A stretch of 64,000 nucleotides of DNA from an uncultured delta proteobacterium (GTDB lineage Bacteria; Desulfobacterota; Desulfobacteria; Desulfobacterales; Desulfatirhabdiaceae): NCBI GenBank assembly GCA_963789395.1, contig CAWBKP010000024.1, positions 320,001 through 384,000 of the forward strand, given 5' to 3'. Made by a program: the position numbers and the translations under genes. Positions 31,447-42,309 of this stretch are shown one piece after another (the stretch's first letter is position 1; the number at the start of each line of letters is the position of its first letter). The notes below the pieces were generated by a model. It saw only the letters and a program-made list of their open reading frames with translations. It was not told the origin of the DNA and made no database searches.

Positions 31447-32654
31447 ATGGCTACTGGAATCAAAGATAAAGTCGCAATCATCGGGATGGGATGCACCCGT
31501 TTCGGGGAACGATGGGACAAGGGCGCTGAAGAACTGATGGTGGAGGCCTTTGAAGAGTGCCTGATCGATGCCGGAATTGAAAAAAAGCAGATCGAGGCTG
31601 CCTGGTTTGGAACCTGCATGGAGGAAGTCAGTGTGGGAAAAAGTGCGATACCGCTTTCAACAACGCTCAGGCTTCCATTTATTCCGGTAACGCGCGTGGA
31701 AAATTACTGTGCAACCGGAACCGAAGCCTTTCGGGGCGCCTGCTATGCGGTGGCTTCCGGAGCATATGACATCTGCCTGGCTCTGGGAGTTGAAAAACTG
31801 AAAGACACGGGATACGGCGGACTTCCCAATTTCGGATCCAATGCCGGAACCCTGACCTGGCAGTGGTGGCCGAATTTGACGGCACCTGGATCTTTTGCCC
31901 AGTTGCAAGTGCCTATGCCGCCAAATACCGGATCACGGACAAGGATCTGAAGCGGGCCATGGCCCATGTATCTGTCAAGAGCCATGCCAATGGCGCCTTG
32001 AATCCCAAGGCCCATTTGCGAAAACCGGTTACCGAAGCCCAGGTGATGAATTCACCCATCATCGCCCACCCACTTGGGCTTTTCGACTGTTGCGGGGTTA
32101 GCGACGGATCGGCCTGCGCCATCGTCACCACGCCGGAAATAGCAAAGAAGTTGGGTAAAAAAGATTTTGTTTCGGTAAAATCCATTCAACTGGCACTCAG
32201 CAGCGGCGAGGAGGTCGGATTCAATGAATGGGATGGAGATCATTTCGCCACCACCACCCGGTGCAGCATCAAGGCGTATCAGGAAGCCGGCATTCGAAAC
32301 CCGCGAGAGGAGATCAGCATGATGGAAGTTCATGACTGCTTTTCAATTACCGAGTTGGTGACCATGGAGGATCTGCACATTTCGGAAAGGGGCCACGCGG
32401 TTTCTGACATTATGGACGGATTTTATGACAGGGACGGAAAAGTACCCTGCCAGGTGGATGGCGGATTGAAATGTTTCGGGCACCCCATCGGTGCTTCCGG
32501 AATTCGCATGCTCTATGAAATGTATCTTCAGCTCCATGGCCGGGCGGATAAGCGACAGCTTGAAAATCCCCGCGTTGGCCTTACCCACAACCTGGGCGGG
32601 TTTCCGTTCCAGAATGTGTGCAGCATCTCCATCATCGGCAAATACGAAAAATAA
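31447..32654 (+). CDS. SCP2/SCP-x-type thiolase (frameshift ~31905)
   Basis: ENYCATG, EVHDCF, GHPIGASG, HNLGG. Confidence 0.9.
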
Positions 32655-32673
32655 GGGATAAGGAGAGTGTGCC

Positions 32674-33817
32674 GTGGAAATTTTAACGTATACGGACGCC
32701 CATAACGATTTTCGTCGGCGGCTGCGGGCTTTTCTGGAAATCGAGGTCATTCCGTTCGTGGATCAGTGGGAAAAAGATAAAATCATCCCCAAAGACATCT
32801 GGCAAAAAACCGGAAAGGCCGGCTTTTTATGCCCAGGTGTCTCTCCGGATTACGGGGGACTTGGCGGCGATTTCCGGTATTCCGTCATCGTTGCAGAGGA
32901 ACTGGCCGGAACCTGCCATACGGGGCTTGCCGCCGGCCTTCACAGTGATGTGGTGGTGCCGTATATTGAATCCTACGGATCCGAAGAAATCCGGAAAAAA
33001 TATCTGCCGGGCTGTGTTTCGGGAGAAATCGTTACGGCCATTGCTATGACCGAACCCGGAGCAGGCAGTGATCTGGCCGGCATGGCTACAATTGCCGAGG
33101 AAGTCGGGGACGACGTCATCTTGAATGGTTCGAAAACTTTTATCTCCAACGGGGTTCATGCGGATCTCGTGGTTCTGGCCGCAAGAGATCCGGCTATAGA
33201 AAATCCCTATCAGGCCATATCCCTTTATCTGCTGGAAACCGGAACTCCGGGTTTCAAGCGGGGCAGGCAACTTGAAAAAATGGGTTGGTGGAGTCAGGAT
33301 ACGGCCGAGCTGTTTTTTACCAATTGCCGCATACCCCGGAAAAACCGTCTGGGGGAAAAAGGCATGGGCTTTCTCATGCTTATGGATAAACTTCAGCAGG
33401 AGCGCCTGACCTGCGCTGTTGGCGCTGTTGCAGCAGCGGAAATGATTCTGAAATGGATTACGGCGTATTGCAAAAACACCCGCGTCTTCGGAAAACCCCT
33501 GTCCAAGTTTCAGGCAACCCAGTTCAGCCTGGTTGAAATGGCGACAGAGGTGAAAATCGGCAGGACCTTTGTAGACAAGCTGGTTATGGAGCATATCGCG
33601 CGTGAAACACGTGGTGGTGGAAACATCCATGGCCAAATACTGGACCACGGACATGGTGAGCCGGATCGCGGACAGAAGCCTGGATATTATGGGAAATGAT
33701 GGTATGCTGGAAAAATTTCCAATGGCCAGGGCCTGGCGGGATGTGCGGGTCATGTCCATATTTGCCGGAACCAATGAAATCATGAAAGGCATTGCCGCCA
33801 AATTCATGGGACTGTGA
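32674..33817 (+). CDS. Acyl-CoA dehydrogenase (frameshift ~33600)
   Basis: AIAMTEPGAGSD, NGSKTFISNG, QDTAELFF, QQERL, IFAGTNEIMK. Confidence 0.92.
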
Positions 33818-33834
33818 AACAGTGAGGATTTTTC

Positions 33835-35841
33835 ATGTATAGAACGCTTTTTAGCCCGATTCGCATCAATACCGTTGAAATCAAGAACCGGATCGCCTAT
33901 CCGGCCCTGGGACTGCTTTACTCATACGACAGCAAACTGAATGACCGTTACTACGCCTATTTTGCGGAAAGGGCAAAAGGCGGCGCCGGGCTGGTGACGG
34001 TGGGGCCGGTCGGGATCGATTTTCTGGGCTCCGGGCTTCTGGCCTTGTCCCTGGCCGGCGATGAGGCGATTCCCTCTTTTCAGAAACTCTCCGGGATCAT
34101 TCATGACGGGGGTGCAAAAGCCTGGGTTCAGCTTTTTCATGCAGGAGCCTATTCCCATCCCATTCTGATAGACGGCAAAGAACCTATTGCCCCGTCCGCG
34201 GTGTTTTCAAAATATTCCCGCGTGACGCCTCGGGAGATGTCTCTTGAAGATATTCAAGAGGTGCAATCCTGTTTTGTCCGGGCTGCGCTTCGCGCCAAAG
34301 CCGCCGGATTTGACGGGGTTGAAATCATTGCCTCTGCCGGCTATCTGGTCTCCCAGTTTTTATCGCCGCTTCGGAATCTGCGGACCGATGATTACGGCGG
34401 CAGTTTTGAAAACCGGGTCCGGTTTCCCCGTGAGGTGATTGAAAAGATGCGAACAGCTCTGGGAAAAAACTATCCCATAACGATTCGCATGGCCGGCAAT
34501 GATTTTGTTCCCGGCAGCACCAGCGATACGGAAACACCGGAAATAGCCAGAATTTATGAAAGGGCTGGGGTGGATGCCATCAATATCACCGGCGGATGGC
34601 ATGAGTCCCGGGTGCCGCAGCTTCCCATGGAGCTTCCCCGCTCTGCGTATGCATACCTGGCCCTCAACATCAAACGGGCCGTGTCTGTTCCGGTTATGGC
34701 ATCCAACCGGATATCGGATCCGGCAACCGCAGAAAAGATTCTGACCGACGGCTTTGCTGACATGGTCAACCTGGGCCGGGTTCTGATCGCAGATCCCGAG
34801 TGGCCGTTAAAAGCTTTTGAAGGCAGGGCCGATGAAATCCGTCCCTGCGTGGCCTGCTCTCAGGGCTGCACGGATCAGGTGTTCAGCGGTCAGCCTGTCT
34901 TCTGCATCGGAAATCCGCGCGCCGGGTTCGAAACCGAGCGAATCATACAAAAAACCGGCGCAACAAAACACGTGATGATCGTAGGCGCCGGTCCGGCCGG
35001 TCTGGAAGCGGCTATTACCGCAACCCAGGCTGGTCACCGTGTCGAACTATACGAAAAAAGCCCGGATATCGGCGGCCAGCTCTGGATGGCCGGTGCTCCG
35101 CCGCACAAGCGTGAGATTTTGGAATATGTCAGGTATTATTGGGCCATGGTCCGAAAGCTTCAGATACCGCTTTATTCTGAACACAGCTGTCGATTTGGAA
35201 ATGATTCAAAGAAAAAAACCAGAATTTGTTTTGATCGCCGAAGGCGCTGAACCCCTGATTCCGCCGATCCAGGGTGCAGACCGATCCGGGCCTGTTCAAT
35301 GCCTGGGAAGTGCTTCGGGATAATCCCCTTCTGGGAAAACGGGTGGCGATCATCGGCGGCGGCGCCGTCGGGCTTGAAACCGCGCTGTTTGTAGCTGCCA
35401 AGGGAACCATCACGCCGGAAATCCTGCACTTTCTATTTACCTACGAGGCGGAAAGCATCGAGCGGCTGAGGGAACTGATGTTTCAGGGGGCTTCCCGGGT
35501 GACGGTGTTTGAAATGCTGCCCAAGGCTGGAAAAGATGTCGGTAAATCCACAAAATGGATTCTGACCGATAATCTCAAGCGCTATGGGGTCAAAGTGAAT
35601 ACCGGTACAAAAGTGATTTCCATTCGAGGCGGAACCCTCTCCTGTGAAAAAGACGGCGAATCCTTTCAGGAAGTTTTTGATTCGGTGATTCTGGCTTCGG
35701 GTTCACGCCCGGTTCAGCAACTTTCCAGCGACATCGCATCTACTGAAAATCCCTTATACGGTCATCGGCGATTGCATCAAGCCAGGGAAGATAAACGACG
35801 CCATCCACGCCGGGTTTCTGGCTGCAGTGGGGATTGGCTGA
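33835..35841 (+). CDS. FadH-like NADH:flavin oxidoreductase (2,4-dienoyl-CoA reductase/OYE family); about 3 frameshifts
   Basis: ERAKGGAGL, AGFDGVEI, QFLSP..NLRTDDYGGSFENR, CVACSQGC..C, GAGPAG, GGGAVG; shifted C-terminus VIGDCIKPGKINDAIHAGF ends at TGA 35841. Confidence 0.88.
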
Positions 35842-35992
35842 TGAGACGAAATGATAATTTCCCTGTCGAATTCTTGCTGTTTTCTGCCACTGTTGCCAGA
35901 TATTTCTTGATAAATTGAACAATTTTTATTTTATAGTGATATAATAAGCACTGGGTAAGTTCAATTTCATTCAAGTGTTTGGAGAAGGGTTC

Positions 35993-38202
35993 ATGTCAAA
36001 CATTCTGGTAACGACAATGGGTTTGTCTTGGCATCACCTGCCGCAGGTTCTGGGAATAACCAACCCATACGTCGTGGATCTATTTCGTTTTCAGCCATCA
36101 AATGTTCGGATTTCTCGAATCAGGGAAGAATTCGATCTGCAGCCGGTGGATGAAATCTGGGTTGTGACCACACAGGGCAAGATTGATCTGCAGCTGGCTG
36201 TCCTTCAGAAATGGCATGCCCTTTTGGAACCTTCCAGTTTGATCTTGGCAGATATTAAGGAATGGGCCGGCCTGATTGATAACTCATTCTGGCCGGTGTC
36301 TGAAGATTTTTCAGGTATCCGGAACGGATGATCTGATAGTTGAAACCGAATGCCGCATGATGAAAGAGGCAATGCTTCGGATTGTGCTGCATGCCGCCGA
36401 ATATGCCGCCGGTGGACAGCTGCTGCTGGCTTTCGCAGGGGGATCTAAATCCATGAGTGCGGACATTCAGTTTGCAGCAACCCTTTTCGGTTGTGACGCG
36501 ATGATCCGTGTGATTGATGACGGTATGGTCTCACTGAAACCGGAGGATGCCAGAAACGTTATCAGACCTGAACTATTCACGGCTTCCCTGCCTGCTGATT
36601 TCAGCAATGCGATTACGCCACTGGTAACTGGAAAAATTTCGAAAAATGCGCTGATCGGATTATCACTGGCGGAAATGCCCCCGATTCAGGCATCGGATTA
36701 TCCGATTGTCGGTTCAGAGAATGGAAAAGTCGCCCTTCTGCAAGTGGATTCGACCGATTTGGCTCTTTCGGAAGCCATCGACAATCGCATGAAGCATGCG
36801 GAATATCTTGCAGCCGCTCACACAAACGCCATGCTTGCAGAGGAAAGCAATGCCAATTTCATGTCGCTTTACAGCCTTTCCCCCTGGCTGATCGATCGAC
36901 TGAAAACAACCCGAATGGGTATTTATCCGGAAAAAGAAACCGCCGAGATTGCATGGCTCACCCAGCTTCCCAAAGCAGCGCTTCACTGTAATCTTGAGGG
37001 GGTTCTGGATATAAATGAATTGATACGTGTCGCCAATGCCAATTATCTGCTCGTGGATCGGTATAAAATGCGCACGGCCTTTCAAATCCGGGAATGGCGC
37101 CGGTTGCTGGACAGGTTCAGCAGTGCGGAATTCCGTGAACAGAACCCATTGAATACGATAGCAGATGCAGTTCGGGATATTCCGGAACCTGTCAGCCTTT
37201 GCGCATTTATCCAAATGTTTAACGGAGCGCCGGGACTTCTGGATGATCTGATTTATGGAAATATGCGGATAGATTCGGCATTTGTTTCAACAGGTCTCAA
37301 CGCTTATGAGGCACTGGGAGATCTGCAGGGTGCAAGGTTGCTGCAGAGTGAGGCCAGTATACGGGAAACCTGTAGAATTCTGGTGGAAAAAGCGCTTTCG
37401 CATCATGTCCGGTATCTTGAAGTTCATTGCTCACCGATCAGGTATGTATCCGGAGGATTGAATCCGATTCAAATCGTTGATATGATAGAAGATGAAATCG
37501 GGAAATCATTCACGGATTTTTCGATTGTTTTTTCGGCCAGGCCGTCACCGGCTAAAAGCCGATATCATGCAACTGGTCAATGTGTCCAAGCGAATCATGG
37601 AAAATCCAAAGAGCCATTGCCGGTTGCGGGGGTATGATCTGGCTGAAAATGAAGCTTCTTTTCCGGCAAGGGATTTACGGAAATATTTTTCTCCTTTCAT
37701 GGAAAAATGCCAGCACATTACGATCAACGCCGGTGGCAGTGCGGATGTTGCCAGTATCTGGGAAGCGGTCTATCATTTAAATGCCGAGCGGGTCAGTCAC
37801 GCACTGGATTTAAATAGCAATGTCGCGATGATGGCGGAATTACTGGACAGAAATATTGCCTTGGAAATGTGTCCATCGAGCAATTTTCAGATTGCGGGTT
37901 TCAGGGATAACTATATTCCTGAAACCGACACCAAGCCGGAATATCCGCTGAAGGATTTTCTGGACAGGGGCCTGAAGGTTACCGTCAATGCCGATAACCC
38001 CGGTATTTCCCGTACCGATTTTTCTCGGGAACTTCACCGGGCTGCCCGTCTGACGCCCGGCGGTCTCAGTATCTGGGATATTTTAAAGATTGTTCAAAAT
38101 GGATTCAAATCCGCTTTTGCCGAACACGCCACCCGGAACCGGATGCTGCGGAAAGCGGAGATGGAGATTGTTAAACTTGTCCAAAAAGGCATTCCGGTAT
38201 AA
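35993..38202 (+). CDS. CARF-domain/adenosine-deaminase-fold fusion (Cad1-like) with degenerate catalytic residues (frameshifts ~36298 and ~37550)
   Basis: N-terminal ILVTTMGLSW, VDEIWVVTT, AGGSKSMSA (CARF-like); C-terminal LPKAALHCNLEG, GDLQG..LLQS, GYDLA.NE, LEMCPSSN, VNADNP (ADA fold). Confidence 0.78.
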
Positions 38203-38361
38203 GGTGGATAAAGCCACGGGTTAAGCTCCGATCCGGCAACCTGGAAATGGCCATGTCCGGATGGCGAATTTCAAACGCTTTACGCGATTTGCATTTACCG
38301 CTCCGCCATTGCCAGCCTTAACGCAAGGCAGACAAAAACAGTACCCGCCACAGTGATCTTT

Positions 38362-39201
38362 TCAACGTCTTTCCGTTGCGGCACCCCCGAACATATCGTT
38401 CATCAGATCCATCAGGGTTTCCTGAAGCCGCTGGTCATCGGACAAGGGAAGGCAGATGGCGGTGCGGCAGGCCTCGATGACGGATATTCCCCGTTGAATG
38501 AGGCAGGCCGCATAAATCAGCAGGCGGGTGCTGGCGCCCTCGGTCAGACCGTGTTCACGGATGTTTCGGATCTTTCCGGCCAGCTGGACCAGTTTCAGCG
38601 CAGTTTCGGAATCCACACCGCTCTCCCTGGAAACGATGGCTGCTTCGTTTTCAGGACTCGGGTAATGGAATTCCAGGGCAACAAAACGCTGGCGGGTGCT
38701 TTGCTTCAGATCTTTCAGTACGGACTGGTATCCGGGATTGTAGGAGACCACCATCAGAAAATCGGGATGGGCCGGAATGCTTTCCCCTTTTTTATCAATA
38801 TGAAGGGTTCTGCGGCTGTCGGTCAACGGGTGAATCACCACGGTTGTGTCTTTTCTGGCCTCGACAATTTCATCAAGATAGCAGATGGCGCCGGTGCGGA
38901 CGGCGCGGGTGAGGGGGCCATCCATCCAGACGGTGGCATCGTTCAAAAGCAGATATCGGCCGATCAGATCCGACGCAAAAAGATCTTCATGGCAGGCCAC
39001 GGTAATCAGGGGTCTGTCCAGTCGATGCGCCATGTATTCCACGAAACGCGTCTTGCCGCAGCCGGTCGGCCCTTTAAGCATGACCGGAAGCTTGGCAAGA
39101 TATGCGGCTTCAAATAAAGAGATTTCATTTTCTGATGGCAGATAGTATGGCGCCTTGGATGCTTCACAAGGGCAGTTGTCGGTTTTTCGCTGAAATGTCA
39201 T
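38362..39201 (-). CDS. CbbQ/NirQ/NorQ family AAA+ ATPase
   Basis: GPTGCGKTRFVEYMA, DGPLTRAVR.GAICYLDEIVEAR, SYNPGYQ..KDLKQSTRQRF, STRLL. Confidence 0.92.
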   Translation of the reverse strand: MTFQRKTDNCPCEASKAPYYLPSENEISLFEAAYLAKLPVMLKGPTGCGKTRFVEYMAHRLDRPLITVACHEDLFASDLIGRYLLLNDATVWMDGPLTRAVRTGAICYLDEIVEARKDTTVVIHPLTDSRRTLHIDKKGESIPAHPDFLMVVSYNPGYQSVLKDLKQSTRQRFVALEFHYPSPENEAAIVSRESGVDSETALKLVQLAGKIRNIREHGLTEGASTRLLIYAACLIQRGISVIEACRTAICLPLSDDQRLQETLMDLMNDMFGGAATERR

Positions 39202-39350
39202 GAGGGTGCTCCGGAGCTCGCTTTCATCTTGCGTATAATGATAAAATATTATATAATTTCATAAATTTATCTTGTTAATTGGAACTAATGGCATGTCACG
39301 GAATTTGTTTGGGGTCCATGACACCATAACACATAAGGATTATATACCGA

Positions 39351-40524
39351 ATGTCTGAATCGAACAATCGTAATATGGTTCACCGGCTTTGCCATGCAAG
39401 ACAAGGAAATCGTTTTGATCGGCACGGCCCATGTTTCACAGGAAAGCTCGGATCTGGTCGCCTCTGTCATTGAAGCGGAAAGACCGGATACGGTCTGCGT
39501 TGAGCTGTGTGCTTCCCGCTACCAGTCCATTCGCCTCAAAGACCAGTGGCAGAACATGGATATCGTAAAGGTCATCAAGGAAAAGAAGACATTTTTGCTG
39601 CTGTCGAATCTGATTCTGGCGGCGTTTCAAAAGCGGATTGCGGCAAAACTCGATATCGTTCCGGGGGCGGAGATGATTCGTGCCATTGAAGCTGCGGATG
39701 CCACAGGCGCTGCCATTCACCTTGCCGACCGGGAAATTCGCGTGACCCTGTCACGGGCCTGGAAGGCCATGACATTCTGGGAAAAAAATAAATTATTGTA
39801 TCATTTGCTGATGTCTTTTGCTGAAGCAGAGGAAATCAGTCAGGAAGATATTGAAAAAATGAAAGAGCAGGATGTTCTGGAGGCCTTGATGGCGGATGTG
39901 GGAAAAACGCTTCCCATGTTAAAGCGCATTCTGATTGAAGAGCGGGACCAGTATCTGGCGGAAAAAATACGTACTGCGCCGGGGAGAAAAATCGTGGCCG
40001 TGGTCGGGGCAGGGCATGTCGCCGGGATCAAAGCCAACTGGGATAAAACCATTGATATCGCCGAGCTGGAGTCGCTGCCGCCTGATGGCAGGATTGCAAC
40101 TGTCCTGGGATGGGGAATTCCCCTGGCGATTGTTCTGATGATGGCTATCGGTTTTTTCACCGGCGGAGAGAAAGTGGGAACCAACATGATCACGGGATGG
40201 ATTCTGACAACCGGCATTCTGGCAGGCATTGGTGCTGCTGCTGCTCTGGCCCATCCCCTGACGATCCTCTCCTCGATTCTGGCAGCTCCCATCACCACGC
40301 TTCATCCGCTGATTGCCGCGGGATGGGTTTCGGGCCTGGTGGAGGCATTTTCACGAAAGCCCAAAGTCCGGGATATTGAGGCCCTGCCGCAGGACATAAT
40401 GTCTGTAAAAGGGTTCTGGCGAAACAAGGTGACACGGATTCTTCTTGTGGTGGTGTTTACCAATATCGGCGCCTCGATCGGAACATTTGTGGCGGTTCCG
40501 TTGATGCTGAAAATGATGCACTGA
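39351..40524 (+). CDS. TraB/GumN (pheromone-shutdown TraB-like) membrane protein (probable frameshift ~39390)
   Basis: LIGTAHVS, VCVELC..RY, PGAEM, LADREI, ERDQY, AVVGAGH, C-terminal TMs. Probable true start ATG 39351 is one base out of frame. Confidence 0.9.
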
Positions 40525-40602
40525 ACCCTTATGCGTCATTGCGACTTGAGAAGGGTTTTCCGCTGGATAGAACAAAAGATTGTTTGAAATGAAGACTCAA
40601 AT

Positions 40603-41343
40603 ATGATCAAATCGAACATATCGGCTGTGTCCTGTAAAACGGTGTCATTTTCTGCTGACGGCTTTCGGTTGTCAGGAACCCTGCATTTGCCTGAAACGCC
40701 TCAACCCCCGGTTGTTGTCGGTTCGCACGGCCTGCTAAGCAGCGGCTGTTCACCCAAACAGATTGAAATGGGCAGGCAATGCAGTGCAAACGGCATGGCT
40801 TACTTCCGGTTCGATCATCGCGGATGCGGCCAAAGCCAGGGCAGCAAGGCCGATGCCGCTGATTTTAACGGCCGATGCCGGGATCTGCTCGCTGCGATAG
40901 ACTTGTTGCGAAGCATCGTTGGACGCAACACGCAAATAGGACTGTTCGGCAGCAGCCTGGGAGGGGCGGTTTGCCTTTCGGCAGCTGCCGTAACATCCGT
41001 CCAGGCGATGGTTACCGTTGCCGCGCCCCTTGACAGCAGCTCTTTGATTGACGCTGCTCAGGGTGTTGTCCCTGCCGGGCTTTCGATGGATATAGCACTT
41101 TCTCCCCGGTTTTTCTTCGATCTGTCAGACAGCCTGTACGCTATCCGTAATCTTTTAATCTTTCATGGGGAAAATGATTCGGTTGTACCAGTTTCACACG
41201 CCCGGAAATTGTTTGCGAAAGCAGGGCATCCCAAAAAACTGGTGATCCAGGGAAACGGAGATCATGTCATGAGCCTTCCGCTGCATCAACAAGAGTTTAT
41301 GCGGGAATCCCTTTTTTGGTTTTCAACGATCCTGAAAGACTGA
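40603..41343 (+). CDS. Alpha/beta hydrolase
   Basis: HG, FDHRGCGQSQG, GSSLGG nucleophile elbow, HGENDSVVP, GDH. Confidence 0.92.
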   Translation: MIKSNISAVSCKTVSFSADGFRLSGTLHLPETPQPPVVVGSHGLLSSGCSPKQIEMGRQCSANGMAYFRFDHRGCGQSQGSKADAADFNGRCRDLLAAIDLLRSIVGRNTQIGLFGSSLGGAVCLSAAAVTSVQAMVTVAAPLDSSSLIDAAQGVVPAGLSMDIALSPRFFFDLSDSLYAIRNLLIFHGENDSVVPVSHARKLFAKAGHPKKLVIQGNGDHVMSLPLHQQEFMRESLFWFSTILKD

Positions 41344-41367
41344 ATAAATCGGGTCAAAGGAGTCATC

Positions 41368-42309
41368 ATGCCGGAAGAGCTTCCCAGACATTTTTTTACC
41401 AGAGCATTTGTAAAAACCTTTCTTCGCCGCGCACTGGCTTTTGCGATGCTTGTTGGGCTTTTTTATGGTTTGTCTGCGCTGGTATATGCCACCCGGGCCA
41501 TATTCAAAGTCAAAATGAATTACGCTGTTGTGCTGGAACGCTTCGGCGGCCAACGGGAAGCCATCACAAAAATCGGCTGGCATGTGCGCCTGCCATACTT
41601 TACACGCATTGAACAGGAAGTCTCACTGATGAACCAGACGCTTTTTCTGGGCGGAAGTCCGGAACCTATGAAAATTATTTCAAAGGAAAGCGTTGCGATC
41701 TGGACATCGGCCGTACTGACCTACCGGATTCGAAATCTGAATACCTGGGCCATAGAGAATCAGGATCCGCTGCACCTGCTACAAGGCGATTATGACGGTA
41801 TCGTCAAGGACATTCTTCAGGCGCATGAGGTCAACCAGCTGATCAGCAGCCGTGAAAAAATCAAGGATGATATTTTTATCGCATTGAAATCCCGACCGAT
41901 TAATGAAGGCGGCCCCACGCTTGAAAAAAAATACGGGATTGAAGTAGTAAGCTTTGTTCTGAAGGAAACCCGTTTCGGCGATAAATTGGTTGAAGCCACG
42001 GAAGAAAAAAAACGCCGGGAACTGATTGCCGAAGCGGACAATTATTCGGCTGATCAGGAAGCCAGTCGGATTCGAAAGCTCTATGCCGCCTATCTGGAAA
42101 GCATCGAATCCTTGCAGAAGGCACTTGGCAGAGCGGACGGTTCTACGGATGCCGCACTTTTGCAGTTTCTGACCCAGCAAAAATGGGCCACGGCCTATGA
42201 AAAAAATGTTGAGGGCCAGAATACCATCGTGATTCAGAACACGCAGGATCCGCCGGCGATTACCCTTCCCGCTGCCCAGTCCCATCAGAAAACTCATGGA
42301 GAGCGGTAA
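41368..42309 (+). CDS. SPFH (stomatin/HflC-like) domain membrane protein
   Basis: Single N-terminal TM; AVVLERFG, GWHVRLPY, LTYRI, KYGIEVVSFVLKE; coiled coil EEKKRRELIAEA. Confidence 0.85.
   Translation: MPEELPRHFFTRAFVKTFLRRALAFAMLVGLFYGLSALVYATRAIFKVKMNYAVVLERFGGQREAITKIGWHVRLPYFTRIEQEVSLMNQTLFLGGSPEPMKIISKESVAIWTSAVLTYRIRNLNTWAIENQDPLHLLQGDYDGIVKDILQAHEVNQLISSREKIKDDIFIALKSRPINEGGPTLEKKYGIEVVSFVLKETRFGDKLVEATEEKKRRELIAEADNYSADQEASRIRKLYAAYLESIESLQKALGRADGSTDAALLQFLTQQKWATAYEKNVEGQNTIVIQNTQDPPAITLPAAQSHQKTHGER

Noticed and set aside
35850..39350. CRISPR array or cas genes near the Cad1-like gene
   Set aside because: No regularly spaced repeats or cas motifs seen here or elsewhere in the window.
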